DNA from: a virus
Lineage: Duplodnaviria > Caudoviricetes
Reading direction: 5' to 3' (one strand)
IMG/VR virus record: IMGVR_UViG_2775506767_000005
Span: 1 to 64,000 of that record
Length of the DNA stretch: 64,000 nucleotides
The translations under genes were made by a program, and so were the position numbers. The notes under the pieces were generated by a model. That model saw only the letters and a program-made list of their open reading frames with translations, was not told the DNA's origin and did not search any database. Shown piece after piece: positions 48,284 through 57,377 of this stretch. Every line of letters starts with the position of its first letter. Within the stretch, counting starts at the first letter, position 1.

Positions 48284-48652
48284 ATGATCAACTCCGTCGA
48301 GGACCTGAGAAGCGCTGGCGTGTTGCCTACTGGTCCTGTTTCTGCTTGGCCGAAACAGCGCAATGTGGCCGGGCCAGGGATGAGGGGCGCCAAGGAACAC
48401 AAGGCCGATCCCAAGATCAAGGCAACGGTGGCAGGCCTGGCGAGAGGTCTGGGTAAGACCGCGCTGCAGGGAATCCTCAACGGCAAGGTCAGCCGTGAGG
48501 TCAGAGAGGAGCGGTATGACATTTGTAAGGCTTGCTCGGCATTTCGCAAGCAAGACAAGCGCTGTAGTGAGTGCGGTTGCTTTATGGAGGCCAAGACGTT
48601 TATTGCTGGCGACCCCGACATGCTCTGTCCCCTCAAAAAATGGAGCCGCTGA
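48284..48652 (+). CDS. Conserved Cys-motif protein (DUF6171-like)
   Basis: 'ERY.IC..C......RC.ECGCFM.AK.......CPL.KW'. Confidence 0.7.
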   Translation: MINSVEDLRSAGVLPTGPVSAWPKQRNVAGPGMRGAKEHKADPKIKATVAGLARGLGKTALQGILNGKVSREVREERYDICKACSAFRKQDKRCSECGCFMEAKTFIAGDPDMLCPLKKWSR

Positions 48653-48655
48653 TCG

Positions 48656-49078
48656 ATGGCTATCAACCCCGCGCCAATGGATCAATGTCTGGTCAAGGCT
48701 CGCTGCCTGACTGGACCTAATGAGGGGCTGGCATACGACCTCAAGCAGCCCTGCCCGACCGGTCAGCAGTTCGTGCCGGAAGTGTGCGACTGCTTCCCTA
48801 TAGATACGCCTTGCCCTGCCGGCATTGGCGGGACCTTGACGTCACGCCTCAGCAGTCGGCTAGGGAACGCAACGGTAACGACTTTCTACCCCACAATTCA
48901 AGGCGGAGTGGCTGGCGGCGGCTCTCGCGTCATCGATGATCAGATACAGGTATTTGATGGGACGGCCTTTGTCGCGGCAGGCGTTACCCCTTACAGCGTT
49001 GGCGACGAATACGGCGGCCAGATCTTGACCAGTGTCGTTCACTCGTTCGCTTTGGCTAGTACGTGTGATCCGACTTGA
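48656..49078 (+). CDS. Hypothetical Cys-containing protein
   Basis: 140 aa with 'CP.GQQF.P..CDC'. Confidence 0.55.
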   Translation: MAINPAPMDQCLVKARCLTGPNEGLAYDLKQPCPTGQQFVPEVCDCFPIDTPCPAGIGGTLTSRLSSRLGNATVTTFYPTIQGGVAGGGSRVIDDQIQVFDGTAFVAAGVTPYSVGDEYGGQILTSVVHSFALASTCDPT

Positions 49079-49150
49079 TCAGGGTTCGCACTCTAACTGG
49101 CCGGAACCATAGGGGGCAACTTTCTGCCGGGGGTGATCCCCGTCTGCACC

Positions 49151-49891
49151 ATGCCCGAAGAGAATCTCAATCTCGACGTCAACGCTGGCGTTGAAACCGC
49201 CGAAACAGTCGACGCATCCCCCTCCACTGAACAAGACAGCTATTCAAAGGAGGAGGTCTCGAAACTGCTAAAGGCTTTACATACCGAGCGCGACGCTCGC
49301 AAAGCACAAGAGAAAGCCCTCAAGGAATCAGCCACCAAGCTGCAATCCCTGGAAGGCATCGATAAGGCCACTTACGACAGGCTTCAGGAAGAATCTGCAC
49401 GCCGTGCGGAGGCTGAGGCCACTTTCGAAGCTCGTGAGCTCGATCGCCAAAAGGCCTTCGAGTCGATGCGTCAAGAGGCGGCCGTCCGTGAGCGCAAGCT
49501 CGAAGGGCAGATCAGCCACATGAATCGCCACCGGGCGTTCGAGGGACTCTTCTCCGCTGCAGGCGGTAAGGGCGGAAGATTCCTAGATACAGCGTTCGAC
49601 GCTGTCGGCAAAAGCCTACGCCTAGAAGACAACGGCTCATTTACGGTCATCGACCCCAACGGCGACCCCTTGCTCGACGATGAGTCAGGCAAGCGCATCG
49701 ACCCAAAAGAGTGGGTTAGCCAGTGGAAAAGCGATGACTTTCTCGGCTTCTGCTTTGAGCCCGAACAGGGCTACGGCACCGGGGCAACCAATCACCCCTC
49801 ACAGCGTCGCGACACAGGGACTATGGGTGATTTCAAAGGTCTAAGCACTAGCGAAATCTTCGCCCGTTCGTTCGGCAACAAGAAGGGCTAA
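49151..49891 (+). CDS. Capsid scaffolding protein
   Basis: Coiled-coil, E/K/A-rich, 'ALH.ER.ARK..EK'. Lies directly upstream of the capsid gene. Confidence 0.75.
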   Translation: MPEENLNLDVNAGVETAETVDASPSTEQDSYSKEEVSKLLKALHTERDARKAQEKALKESATKLQSLEGIDKATYDRLQEESARRAEAEATFEARELDRQKAFESMRQEAAVRERKLEGQISHMNRHRAFEGLFSAAGGKGGRFLDTAFDAVGKSLRLEDNGSFTVIDPNGDPLLDDESGKRIDPKEWVSQWKSDDFLGFCFEPEQGYGTGATNHPSQRRDTGTMGDFKGLSTSEIFARSFGNKKG

Positions 49892-50107
49892 GCCCAAAAA
49901 ACGAGTGAGTTCGGGAGTTGACGTGGGCCACTTGCGCCAACTTCGGCACTCTCTCGGAACCCTAATCACGAGATGGAAGATGCCCTGGTTCTGATTCGGT
50001 GCGACGCCGATTCGGTGGCCTGGGCAGAACGGACCCCTTGAGGTGTGACGCCTCTGTTCCGAACTTCCCAGATCACCAACTCAATGTCACTCTGACAACT
50101 CAGAACA

Positions 50108-51031
50108 ATGTCTTTAACCCTGCTACAGCAAGGCCAGTTCGCCACAACAGGCGAGCAGCTTGCAATCATCTCCGAGCTCGCCGCTGGCGACCTCCTTTCA
50201 GTTCTTCCCTTCCGTTCAATCGAAGGGAACAGCATCCGCTTCCGGCGCGAAGAGGCTCTGCCTGACGTCGGCTTTCGCCACGTCAACGGAACTCTCACCG
50301 AGAGCTACGGCGAGATCTCGATGCAAAGCGAGGCTCTCCACCTGTATGGCGGCGACCTGCGCGTTGACAAGGCCATCCTGACCCTCGAAGGTCCTGAGGC
50401 CCGTGCATGGAACATCCAGGCCCGCGTGAGAGCAATGCGCCACAACTTCGAGAAAGTCTTTATCAAAGGATCCGAAGCTGCCTCTAACGGCCTCGAGTTC
50501 GATGGACTGCAGGCCCGTATCGCTGCAACCTCCAGCCAGTACATCGCCAATCAGTCCGGCAACTCCGGCGCCCTCAGCTTCGCAGCTTTGGACGAGGCCC
50601 TCGACGCAGTCGACGCCACTGGCGGCCAAAAATACTTGGTCATGTCGAAGCAGATGCGTCGTGCCCTGACCGCCGGCTCCCGCGATTCTGGCGTCAACGG
50701 TGGCATACATATCAGTACCGACGAGCTTGGGAGACAGCGCACTATGTACGCTGATACCCCGGTGTTGATCGTGGACCGCGACGAGAAGAACGTTGACATC
50801 CTGGGCGCTACTGAAGCAAACAGCACTTCTTCCGTCTACATCGCGTCATTCGGCGACACCGCTCTGACCGGCATCCAGAACGGCGGCATCGAGGTCCGCG
50901 ACCTCGGAGAAGCCACCGACCGCCCTCAGATGGTCACAAGAATGGAGTGGTATTGCGGACTAGCTCTGCTTCGTGGAAATGCTGTCGCACGCCTCGCCAA
51001 GGTTGACCCAACTCTGGCCGCTGTCGCCTGA
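50108..51031 (+). CDS. Major capsid protein (HK97 fold)
   Basis: 'LPF..IEG....F.RE..LP.VGFR.VN', 'GGD..VD', 'EFDGL..RI' and 'V...LGE......TR.EWY.G.A......ARL' motifs. Confidence 0.9.
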   Translation: MSLTLLQQGQFATTGEQLAIISELAAGDLLSVLPFRSIEGNSIRFRREEALPDVGFRHVNGTLTESYGEISMQSEALHLYGGDLRVDKAILTLEGPEARAWNIQARVRAMRHNFEKVFIKGSEAASNGLEFDGLQARIAATSSQYIANQSGNSGALSFAALDEALDAVDATGGQKYLVMSKQMRRALTAGSRDSGVNGGIHISTDELGRQRTMYADTPVLIVDRDEKNVDILGATEANSTSSVYIASFGDTALTGIQNGGIEVRDLGEATDRPQMVTRMEWYCGLALLRGNAVARLAKVDPTLAAVA

Positions 51032-51099
51032 TCACCTTCCTGATCCGTCCGGGGTAGACGTCACTACCCCATCCCTACATTCTTTCGCTAACCAAAAAA

Positions 51100-51423
51100 A
51101 TGGCAGCACAATCTACCGGCATGATGAAGCGGCAAGGCTTCCTTGTCGACGAGGCCACAATTCTCGCTAACGGAGTGGCCAAGTCTTTGACCGGCGGCGC
51201 TAAGGCACAAGGCCTGAACATCGGCGCTTATTTCTCCTCCGACGCTGCGGGATCCGTTTCCGTAGCCGATCAGGTCGGCACCGTTCTCGCCACGATCGCC
51301 GCACCTTCAGGCGGCGGCAAAGTGATCGTTGAGCGTGGACGCTTTGAGGTCTACGACGCAACCTCTGTCGTCCTCGACACGACCAGTTTGAGCGCAGGTT
51401 CTGTGCAAGTTTCCTTGTACTGA
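51100..51423 (+). CDS. Probable capsid decoration protein
   Basis: 107 aa small beta-rich protein directly after the capsid gene. Confidence 0.55.
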   Translation: MAAQSTGMMKRQGFLVDEATILANGVAKSLTGGAKAQGLNIGAYFSSDAAGSVSVADQVGTVLATIAAPSGGGKVIVERGRFEVYDATSVVLDTTSLSAGSVQVSLY

Positions 51424-51439
51424 TCCGAACAACAACAAC

Positions 51440-51470
51440 AAAAAGGCGCCTCTTCGGGGGCGCTTTTTTA
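51440..51470. terminator. Bidirectional intrinsic terminator
   Basis: A5-GGCGCCTC-TTCG-GGGGCGC-T6. Confidence 0.85.
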
Positions 51471-51503
51471 TTGGGAATACTTCCCTGACTCCGTAGTTAC
51501 CCG

Positions 51504-51743
51504 ATGGACTGTCAGAAGTGTAATAAGTGCGGGGCGACTTTTTTCCCAAACGGTGAGGGTGGCTACCACCTCAGGTGGGCAACCGGCAAAGTCGGGAGAG
51601 CTGAGGGCCTGGCCGGGTTGGTTTGCATTCCGTATGGGAACGACGAGTGCATCAACCCAATGCGCCACGTCGCGACGGGCGACACCTGGGCGAAGAGGCT
51701 GGCTGAACTCGAGCGCCTTGAGAAACGAAACGGTTTGAGTTGA
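51504..51743 (+). CDS. Hypothetical Zn-finger-like cyanophage protein
   Basis: 'C.KC......W.TG.......LAGLVC...G...CINP'. Confidence 0.65.
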   Translation: MDCQKCNKCGATFFPNGEGGYHLRWATGKVGRAEGLAGLVCIPYGNDECINPMRHVATGDTWAKRLAELERLEKRNGLS

Positions 51744-51769
51744 CACTTTGGGGTAGGAACGTTTATAAC
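51740..51769 (+). promoter_or_regulatory. Sigma70-type promoter
   Basis: TTGACA-18 bp-TATAAC. Confidence 0.65.
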
Positions 51770-51795
51770 TGAAACGTGTTCAGGGGGACAGCCCG

Positions 51796-52098
51796 ATGTT
51801 TATGCTCTCGACAGATACAGCCGACACTCGCATCTTGGGCTACACGCTGAACTGTTCGGTGGGTATGGAGGTGTTCAGCACCATGGAGGAGGTTCTCCTG
51901 AGAGTCCACGGCGTCCCTGCTGACCAGCTTTGCTGGGCCTCGCTGGCTGACGCTCTAATCGATCTGACCTGGAGACAGGAGCAGTGGGGGGAGGGCACCA
52001 TCAGCCAGACCCTCGGATATTGGGGCGGCGACGGCGTCAAGCGGATCACCATCAACAATCCGATGGGTGTTCGCCTCGAATGGGATGACGTGCTTTGA
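51796..52098 (+). CDS. Hypothetical protein
   Basis: 100 aa following the promoter. Confidence 0.5.
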   Translation: MFMLSTDTADTRILGYTLNCSVGMEVFSTMEEVLLRVHGVPADQLCWASLADALIDLTWRQEQWGEGTISQTLGYWGGDGVKRITINNPMGVRLEWDDVL

Positions 52099-52137
52099 GT
52101 TGCACGAGTTGACAAACGGGGCAACATGCCCCATACT
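52097..52137 (+). promoter_or_regulatory. Sigma70-type early promoter with GTTGCAC box (copy 3)
   Basis: GAGTTGCACgagTTGACA-aacGGGGCAacaTGCCC-CATACT. Confidence 0.8.
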
Positions 52138-52162
52138 TAAAAAGTCGAGATCAAGCGAACCA

Positions 52163-52348
52163 ATGGCCCAAACCATCACCAACAACAACGAAGCCCTAAC
52201 GGAGGCCCTGACCCTAGCCATCAACGCCCCTACAGAGGAATTGAAAAATGAGCTAATTGGGATTGCTGAGGGGATAGCTCAGCAGCTCACGGAAGACGAA
52301 ATCGAGGCTTGCAAGGCAGCAGCAAAAGCCAACAAAACCAACTTTTGA
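52163..52348 (+). CDS. Hypothetical early protein, 61 aa
   Basis: ATG at 52163 (MAQTITNNN) after promoter copy 3. Confidence 0.6.
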   Translation: MAQTITNNNEALTEALTLAINAPTEELKNELIGIAEGIAQQLTEDEIEACKAAAKANKTNF

Positions 52349-52367
52349 TCTGGACGGACACAGACCG

Positions 52368-52556
52368 ATGCTTGACCTCTCCCAGATCGAACAAAGCTCC
52401 ACCCGCTTCCGTTACGAGTCCAAGGCCAAAGCCGAGGCATTGCTAGCCATGGCAATCGAGACCGCTCTCGAGTCCGAAAGCTTCGACCTGTTCGACGACG
52501 GCTACGGCTTCCGTGTCCGCATGTTCGAAGATGGCGAGTTCTGCTGTTGCCTGTGA
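52368..52556 (+). CDS. Hypothetical early protein
   Basis: 62 aa. Confidence 0.5.
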   Translation: MLDLSQIEQSSTRFRYESKAKAEALLAMAIETALESESFDLFDDGYGFRVRMFEDGEFCCCL

Positions 52557-52735
52557 GCTAAGGCTCGAAGGTTTCGCCGAACTCGGTAAGGATCGACATC
52601 TGATCCTCTCGGGGTTTTGGCTCCAGCTCTTTCGGTATATCAACGACAACATCCTCGAAGCGGGTTCGGCAGAAGTAGGGGACATCTCGACCTGAGCCAG
52701 AGGTCTCAAACCACAGTCGCCCCTTGAGTTCGCCC

Positions 52736-52972
52736 CTACTCAAATTTTTCACCTGCCCAGAAGTTCTGCACCTTACTCACTTTTAGCGTGAGTGAAAAGC
52801 TGAAGCCTATGGGCCGAACCCACCAACACAAGCCGTCAGATTCGACGCAGGTGGTGAGAATCGGCTCGGGAATATCCGCCCTCCTGCCCTGCTCATTCCG
52901 CTCTAGGCGGCCCAGGTCTGTGCAAATTATATCGTAACCGGCCAAACACTTGGGCGATATTCTTCGGGTCAT
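52736..52972 (-). CDS. Hypothetical protein
   Basis: ATG at 52972 (MTRRISPK), downstream of a TCGGAACACT box near 52993-53002 (minus). Confidence 0.4.
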   Translation of the reverse strand: MTRRISPKCLAGYDIICTDLGRLERNEQGRRADIPEPILTTCVESDGLCWWVRPIGFSFSLTLKVSKVQNFWAGEKFE

Positions 52973-53006
52973 GGCCTGGCCAAGTTCTTCAGAGTGTTCC
53001 GACGGG

Positions 53007-53699
53007 TCAGCGGGCGATGATGCTCCACCCCGTCCCAGGTCCCTCGACCTGCCAGCGCCTTCCCCAGTTTTTCTCGCTGTATCGAACTGCTTGGCCTGCC
53101 GTGATCCAGGTATCGACGTAGCCACCCTCCACGAGGTTGGCTTCACCGAAGGGATCGTTCACAACCGCTGACTCGCCCTCAAGGCCAATCACACAGGACC
53201 AGTGACCGCCGCCCGAAGGGGAGGAGACATGGCCTTTATGCAGCCAGCCACAGGGAACGGGGAAGCCCTGACGGATCTGATCCTCGAGCGTTTCCCAGCT
53301 TGCATCGGTGACGAATTCGACGTCTAATCCGTAAGAGCGGAGCGCTGAGATCTGAGCGCTCGAATCCGTTGTATCTCCGTAATGCTCGACGGTCTCCAGA
53401 TATTCGAGATCGCCGTTAGGGCCGCTGAGAGTCCCTGGGCGCAGGTACTCGAGCAGCATCGCGCAAGTAGTTGTGAAGCATTGCCTATATCCATGAGGCC
53501 CGTTGTCGAGCTGGATCATGTGGCGCACTTTCAGGACGCGATCGGATGACTCGAGACCGTTCCTATAGATACGTGCGAACTCATCCAACTCCTCGAGCGT
53601 TAGCAGGTCCTCGAGGTATTCGAAGGCCTGGACCTGATGGGGCTCACCCTTGTAATAGGTGGCCGCATTAACCAGAGAGATCGAGTTGTCGGCTGCCAT
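53007..53699 (-). CDS. Endolysin candidate with C39-like cysteine peptidase domain
   Basis: N-terminal 'A.YYKG.PHQ..AF..L' module, then 'QLDN...GYRQCF.T.CAM', 'YGDTTD..AQ..AL' and 'GGHWS.VIG...VNDPFG'. Box at 53719-53729 (minus). Confidence 0.8.
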   Translation of the reverse strand: MAADNSISLVNAATYYKGEPHQVQAFEYLEDLLTLEELDEFARIYRNGLESSDRVLKVRHMIQLDNGPHGYRQCFTTTCAMLLEYLRPGTLSGPNGDLEYLETVEHYGDTTDSSAQISALRSYGLDVEFVTDASWETLEDQIRQGFPVPCGWLHKGHVSSPSGGGHWSCVIGLEGESAVVNDPFGEANLVEGGYVDTWITAGQAVRYSEKNWGRRWQVEGPGTGWSIIAR

Positions 53700-53745
53700 G
53701 GTCGTCTCCGAATCACGCCAGGGTTCCGATCAGATCGTCAGCCGC

Positions 53746-54060
53746 TTAACGCCACCTGCGGTCCTGCTGCTCTCGAAGTCTTCTCAGTTCGACCGCTTGA
53801 TCGTTTACGTGAAAATCCATCCGCTCTGATAAATATTTAACGTCTTTTTTAATCTCCGACATGCTGTCGAAGAGGCGATTCATTGCACCTTCAAAATCGT
53901 GCTTCGTGATGTAATCCTCAGCTACCTTAAGCTCAACAGAATCAATTTTTTGTAAGGCCGTTTCTGCGACCGCTCTGGCCTCCTCCGTTCTCTTAAATGT
54001 AAAAGCGCCCCAACCGAGAACACTAGAACAAACAGCAGCAATGACGAATTCAGGTAACAC
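53746..54060 (-). CDS. Single-TM coiled-coil protein (lysis-associated candidate)
   Basis: GTG at 54060, N-terminal TM then a coiled coil. CCGGAAACCT box at 54081-54090 (minus). Confidence 0.6.
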   Translation of the reverse strand: MLPEFVIAAVCSSVLGWGAFTFKRTEEARAVAETALQKIDSVELKVAEDYITKHDFEGAMNRLFDSMSEIKKDVKYLSERMDFHVNDQAVELRRLREQQDRRWR

Positions 54061-54265
54061 GGACTGAAGACAGTTAACCAAGGTTTCCGGCTTCAATTAA
54101 TGAAAAAGGGGACTTAGCCCCCAATTTCTCGAATGAGTCTTTGCGCCTGTTTTTTGTCGATACCTTCGGGCGCATTTCGCAAGCATCGAATCATTACTTC
54201 CTGATCGCTAATGGGCAGCCGCTTGACTCGCCCATTGCTGCCAATAGGGCTCTCTACTTTCTCCA

Positions 54266-54496
54266 CTACTCAGAAAAGCGACGGCGCGGGGCCTTCTTCT
54301 TGGGCGCCTCTTCGACCTGCTCAGCAGCAGGAGTTTCCTTCACTTCCTCGACGACTGGCTCTTCTTTCTTGGGGGCCTCATCGACGCCGTTTTTCTTGGT
54401 CGTGATAGCGCCGAGCTCTAAAGCCTCGAGGGCATCGGCTGGGTGGTAAAACTCGACGACGTTGCCGGCTAAGTCGTAGTAGGTGGGCTGGGCCAT
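54266..54496 (-). CDS. Small acidic/basic hypothetical protein
   Basis: ATG at 54496 (MAQPTYYD). TCGGAACACTG box near 54522-54532 (minus). Confidence 0.6.
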   Translation of the reverse strand: MAQPTYYDLAGNVVEFYHPADALEALELGAITTKKNGVDEAPKKEEPVVEEVKETPAAEQVEEAPKKKAPRRRFSE

Positions 54497-54670
54497 GGTG
54501 GGCTGTGAAATCACTTCGACTCAGTGTTCCGAGCCTCTCCGTTTTGACCTGGGAACCCTGTTATGTGAAGTCCTGTTGAGATGGGGAGGGGGATAGTGTG
54601 TTGAGACTTATGGGGAGACTTTTAAAACTACCCCTAGTCTATGACTGGGATCTAAGCGAATCAAAGCCCT

Positions 54671-54712
54671 CTTTTAACCGGCTGGTCCTGAGTTCGAATC
54701 TCAGGCGACCCA
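54671..54712 (+). other. attP: attP core identical to the 3' half of tRNA-Lys(UUU)
   Basis: CTTTTAA anticodon loop + CCGGC + TGGTC + CTGAG-TTCGAAT-CTCAG T arm + GCGACCC-A acceptor strand. The 5' half is absent. Lies about 200 bp from the integrase. Confidence 0.85.
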
Positions 54713-54721
54713 TTCACCATG

Positions 54722-54746
54722 ACCCCCTGGAAATAGGGGGTTTTTT
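54722..54746 (+). terminator. Intrinsic terminator after the attP core
   Basis: CCCCCT-ggaaat-AGGGGG-T6. Confidence 0.75.
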
Positions 54747-54909
54747 AATGCCTGACTGGCGGGTTCGGAAACGAATAGGGCCTCGCCTGCCTGTTCGAAG
54801 CCGTACAGATATGGCCTCGAAAACCCTGTTCCGGACAGTTTGGGGTGAACGAGTCACACCATTCTTCTCCCCACATCTCCGGTAAACTGAAAAAGCTGAA
54901 AGGCCACAG

Positions 54910-56403
54910 ATGGCAGCCTCAAAGAGACCGCTCGACCAAGCCAATGGGCAGCTTGCGGCCGTGGGATGCAGGTGGCGGATCCGAGAAGAGAGACGAGTAA
55001 ATCATTACTACGTCCGAGGCACGCGAGGCGATGACCGAGGTAAGTCTCGACCAGCTCGCAGTTTTCGCGTTGATGAGCCTGGCGACCTCGAGCGACTGAC
55101 CACCGCCTTGCTGGGCTGGGAGAAACAAGCCCAAAAGAGACACAGCACTCTTCACCTGGCCAGCCTTGAGCTCGATCCCGATATTGCTCCCAAGGGAAGT
55201 CAGCAGACCTGGGGGTGGATCCTTGAGCTCTACAGGCCGCTCCTCGCCCCAGGCGGCAAGCTCTCGAAGCAACTTGGAGCGTTCGGCGTCATGGGAGAGG
55301 GCGGCTATTTCTCGAAGCGTTTCACTCCACAGACGGTGGTGCGGACAGAGCACCTCGAGCAATTTGGTCTTTACACGGTCGAGTCGCTAAAGCTGAACTA
55401 CCTAAATCCGGCCGTACCGAAACAGGCGAGGGAGTACAGCCGATCGGGTTTCGCCGACGCCAAGCAAATTGTCTACGACATGAGCAAGCGGGGCATCGCC
55501 GCCGCGACGCCAGCGCTCAAAGCTCAGTTAAAACTGTTGCGCAGCGAGGCGGGGGTAGCTCCGGCAGCGCCTCGATTCATGCCTACCGATGAAGAGGCTG
55601 TCGATTGGATTGATCAGCTAATGGAACTCGATCCTTTTCGGGGAAAGTTTTTTGCTTTCGTCTACACCTTCGGCCTTCGCCCTCACGAGGTTTGGCACAT
55701 TAATTCCTTCCCCGGCGAGGTGAATGTCGAAAACATTTGCACTCCCAATGTCATCGAAGTGGGGACATTTGAGGGAGATGAAGAGACGAAAACAGGCTTT
55801 CGCTTCGCAGTCGCTTGTCCTGCTGAATTGATCGACCGATGGAAGTTAAGCGACCTGGAGGTGATCAAGGGGTGGCACGAAGAGCTTCTTGATCGCCACA
55901 AGATTAAGACGATCGAGCTATCAGATGGCCAAACTATCTATGCGAACAATCGCGCCCTAGGTAGCAAAGTTGCTCACTGGCTAAATAATAAAACCAAACC
56001 TGATATGGAGGTGCCCGTGAAACTGTTCGGACGGATCGACTTCACGATGAAGCGGGGCCAGACGCAGAAGGCTCCAAAAAAAGGACGGGTTCAGGCGTAC
56101 ACGATTCGTCACATGTGGGCGCTACGCGCTAAGCGGTTGACAGCTTGGAGTACCGCAGCGAAAGCCGAGGCGATGGGTCACAGCGAATCCGTTCATTCCA
56201 AGCGCTATCTCGTCGAGGAACGTAAAGCGGACAAACTGCGGTCTTTAATCGATGCAACCGCGCCACCTGTCGAAGTAATTCCTCAAGCACCGGCAGAAGA
56301 CGACGGCATTGCCAAGCTCCGCAAAGCGAAGGGCCTGCTCGATCAAGGTTTGATCACTCAAGAAAAATTTGATCTGCTACAGGACAAAGTGCTTGGCCTT
56401 TAG
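54910..56403 (+). CDS. int: Tyrosine recombinase/integrase with C-terminal SHOCT-like tail
   Basis: 'YTFGLRPHE' (R box), 'YTIRH.WA', 'MGHS..VH..RY' (H/Y). C-terminal 'IAKLRKAKGLLDQGLITQEKFDLLQ.K.L'. Confidence 0.88.
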   Translation: MAASKRPLDQANGQLAAVGCRWRIREERRVNHYYVRGTRGDDRGKSRPARSFRVDEPGDLERLTTALLGWEKQAQKRHSTLHLASLELDPDIAPKGSQQTWGWILELYRPLLAPGGKLSKQLGAFGVMGEGGYFSKRFTPQTVVRTEHLEQFGLYTVESLKLNYLNPAVPKQAREYSRSGFADAKQIVYDMSKRGIAAATPALKAQLKLLRSEAGVAPAAPRFMPTDEEAVDWIDQLMELDPFRGKFFAFVYTFGLRPHEVWHINSFPGEVNVENICTPNVIEVGTFEGDEETKTGFRFAVACPAELIDRWKLSDLEVIKGWHEELLDRHKIKTIELSDGQTIYANNRALGSKVAHWLNNKTKPDMEVPVKLFGRIDFTMKRGQTQKAPKKGRVQAYTIRHMWALRAKRLTAWSTAAKAEAMGHSESVHSKRYLVEERKADKLRSLIDATAPPVEVIPQAPAEDDGIAKLRKAKGLLDQGLITQEKFDLLQDKVLGL

Positions 56404-56594
56404 ATCAGGCCGAGACGTAATTCGACTCGCTGGATATGCCAAAGAAAGACGCCCCGGCTGCTGAAGGGGTTCTTCTTCCTGTAGTGAATGCCTTCGTCAA
56501 ACATCCCGCTTGTCTTCATCCGGCGCAGAGTTTTTTCGTGGACTCCGAGCATTTCGGCCATCTGATTGGTCGAGATCCACATGGTTGCAGCCAT
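56400..56594 (-). CDS. xis: Excisionase / recombination directionality factor (winged HTH)
   Basis: 'WISTNQMAEMLGVHEKTLRRM...G.F.EG.HY'. Convergent with and overlapping the integrase stop. Confidence 0.7.
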   Translation of the reverse strand: MAATMWISTNQMAEMLGVHEKTLRRMKTSGMFDEGIHYRKKNPFSSRGVFLWHIQRVELRLGLI

Positions 56595-56596
56595 GC

Positions 56597-57121
56597 TCAG
56601 TCCCCCAGGCTGCGATCTTTATTCCCCTGAACGCCCATGTCGCCCTGATATCGACCTGTCTGCGAATAGTTCGAATCAGGTGCCGAGTCCAGGGCACGAA
56701 CGCGCAACTGGCAGAGCTCGAGACCTGGATAGATCGGGAGCACCTGGAACCTCCTGACGTTTTGGAACTCGAGGGTGATGCGGCCTGACCAGCCCGGATC
56801 GATGTAGCCGGCCAGCGCGTGCTGCCAGCCGGCGCGAGCTGCAGAACTCCGGAGACAGACTTCGGCCTCCATCCTGTCGGTCAGCATGACGACTTCCTGG
56901 GTATGGGTCAGGATCCACTCGCCTGGGTCGACCAGGAAAGGGTTGCCGACGTGAAGGCCTGAAATATCCACCTCGTAGGTGCCGCCGCCTGGCGATTCGA
57001 CGACCAGGGCTGTTCCGATACGAAGGTTTACAGAAGCAGGGTTAACGAGCGCATAGTCAGCAGGGCTCAGCCCACCATTGCGCATCCATTCCCTGAGCTG
57101 GCGGTCTACGAGGGTTGCCAT
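56597..57121 (-). CDS. dcd: dCTP deaminase
   Basis: 'NPASVNLRIG', 'RSS.AR.G..H..AGYIDPGW.GRITLE' and 'Y...GRYQG'. Confidence 0.93.
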   Translation of the reverse strand: MATLVDRQLREWMRNGGLSPADYALVNPASVNLRIGTALVVESPGGGTYEVDISGLHVGNPFLVDPGEWILTHTQEVVMLTDRMEAEVCLRSSAARAGWQHALAGYIDPGWSGRITLEFQNVRRFQVLPIYPGLELCQLRVRALDSAPDSNYSQTGRYQGDMGVQGNKDRSLGD

Positions 57122-57215
57122 GGTGAACTCTTGATGGGCTCAGTATATCTCGGTTCGTATCAGCATCACGCAAGGGTTCGAACCCGCATAACCTAATCCT
57201 AGCTTTTCTCTGGCC

Positions 57216-57377
57216 ATGATTTACGACGTCTGCGTCACCTGTGACGGCCAAAGGTATGAAACCGTAATCGAAGCCAGGGACATGGATCAGGCCATTGCAA
57301 GCGTTTGCAGCGCCTACGGGGAGTGCGAGATTTCGAGCATCGCCACCCATCTCCACTACGGATCCAAGCCCTCGTGA
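57216..57377 (+). CDS. Hypothetical protein, 53 aa
   Basis: MIYDVCVTCDGQRYETVIEARD... Its TGA stop overlaps promoter copy 4. Confidence 0.45.
   Translation: MIYDVCVTCDGQRYETVIEARDMDQAIASVCSAYGECEISSIATHLHYGSKPS

Noticed and set aside
54640-54712. Complete tRNA gene or amber suppressor tRNA
   Set aside because: Only the anticodon loop to acceptor 3' strand is present. The upstream sequence cannot form the D arm or 5' acceptor strand, and the anticodon is TTT.
57160-57195. tRNA-like GGGTTCGAACCC segment
   Set aside because: It is an isolated palindrome without the other cloverleaf arms, and lies in the region upstream of dcd.
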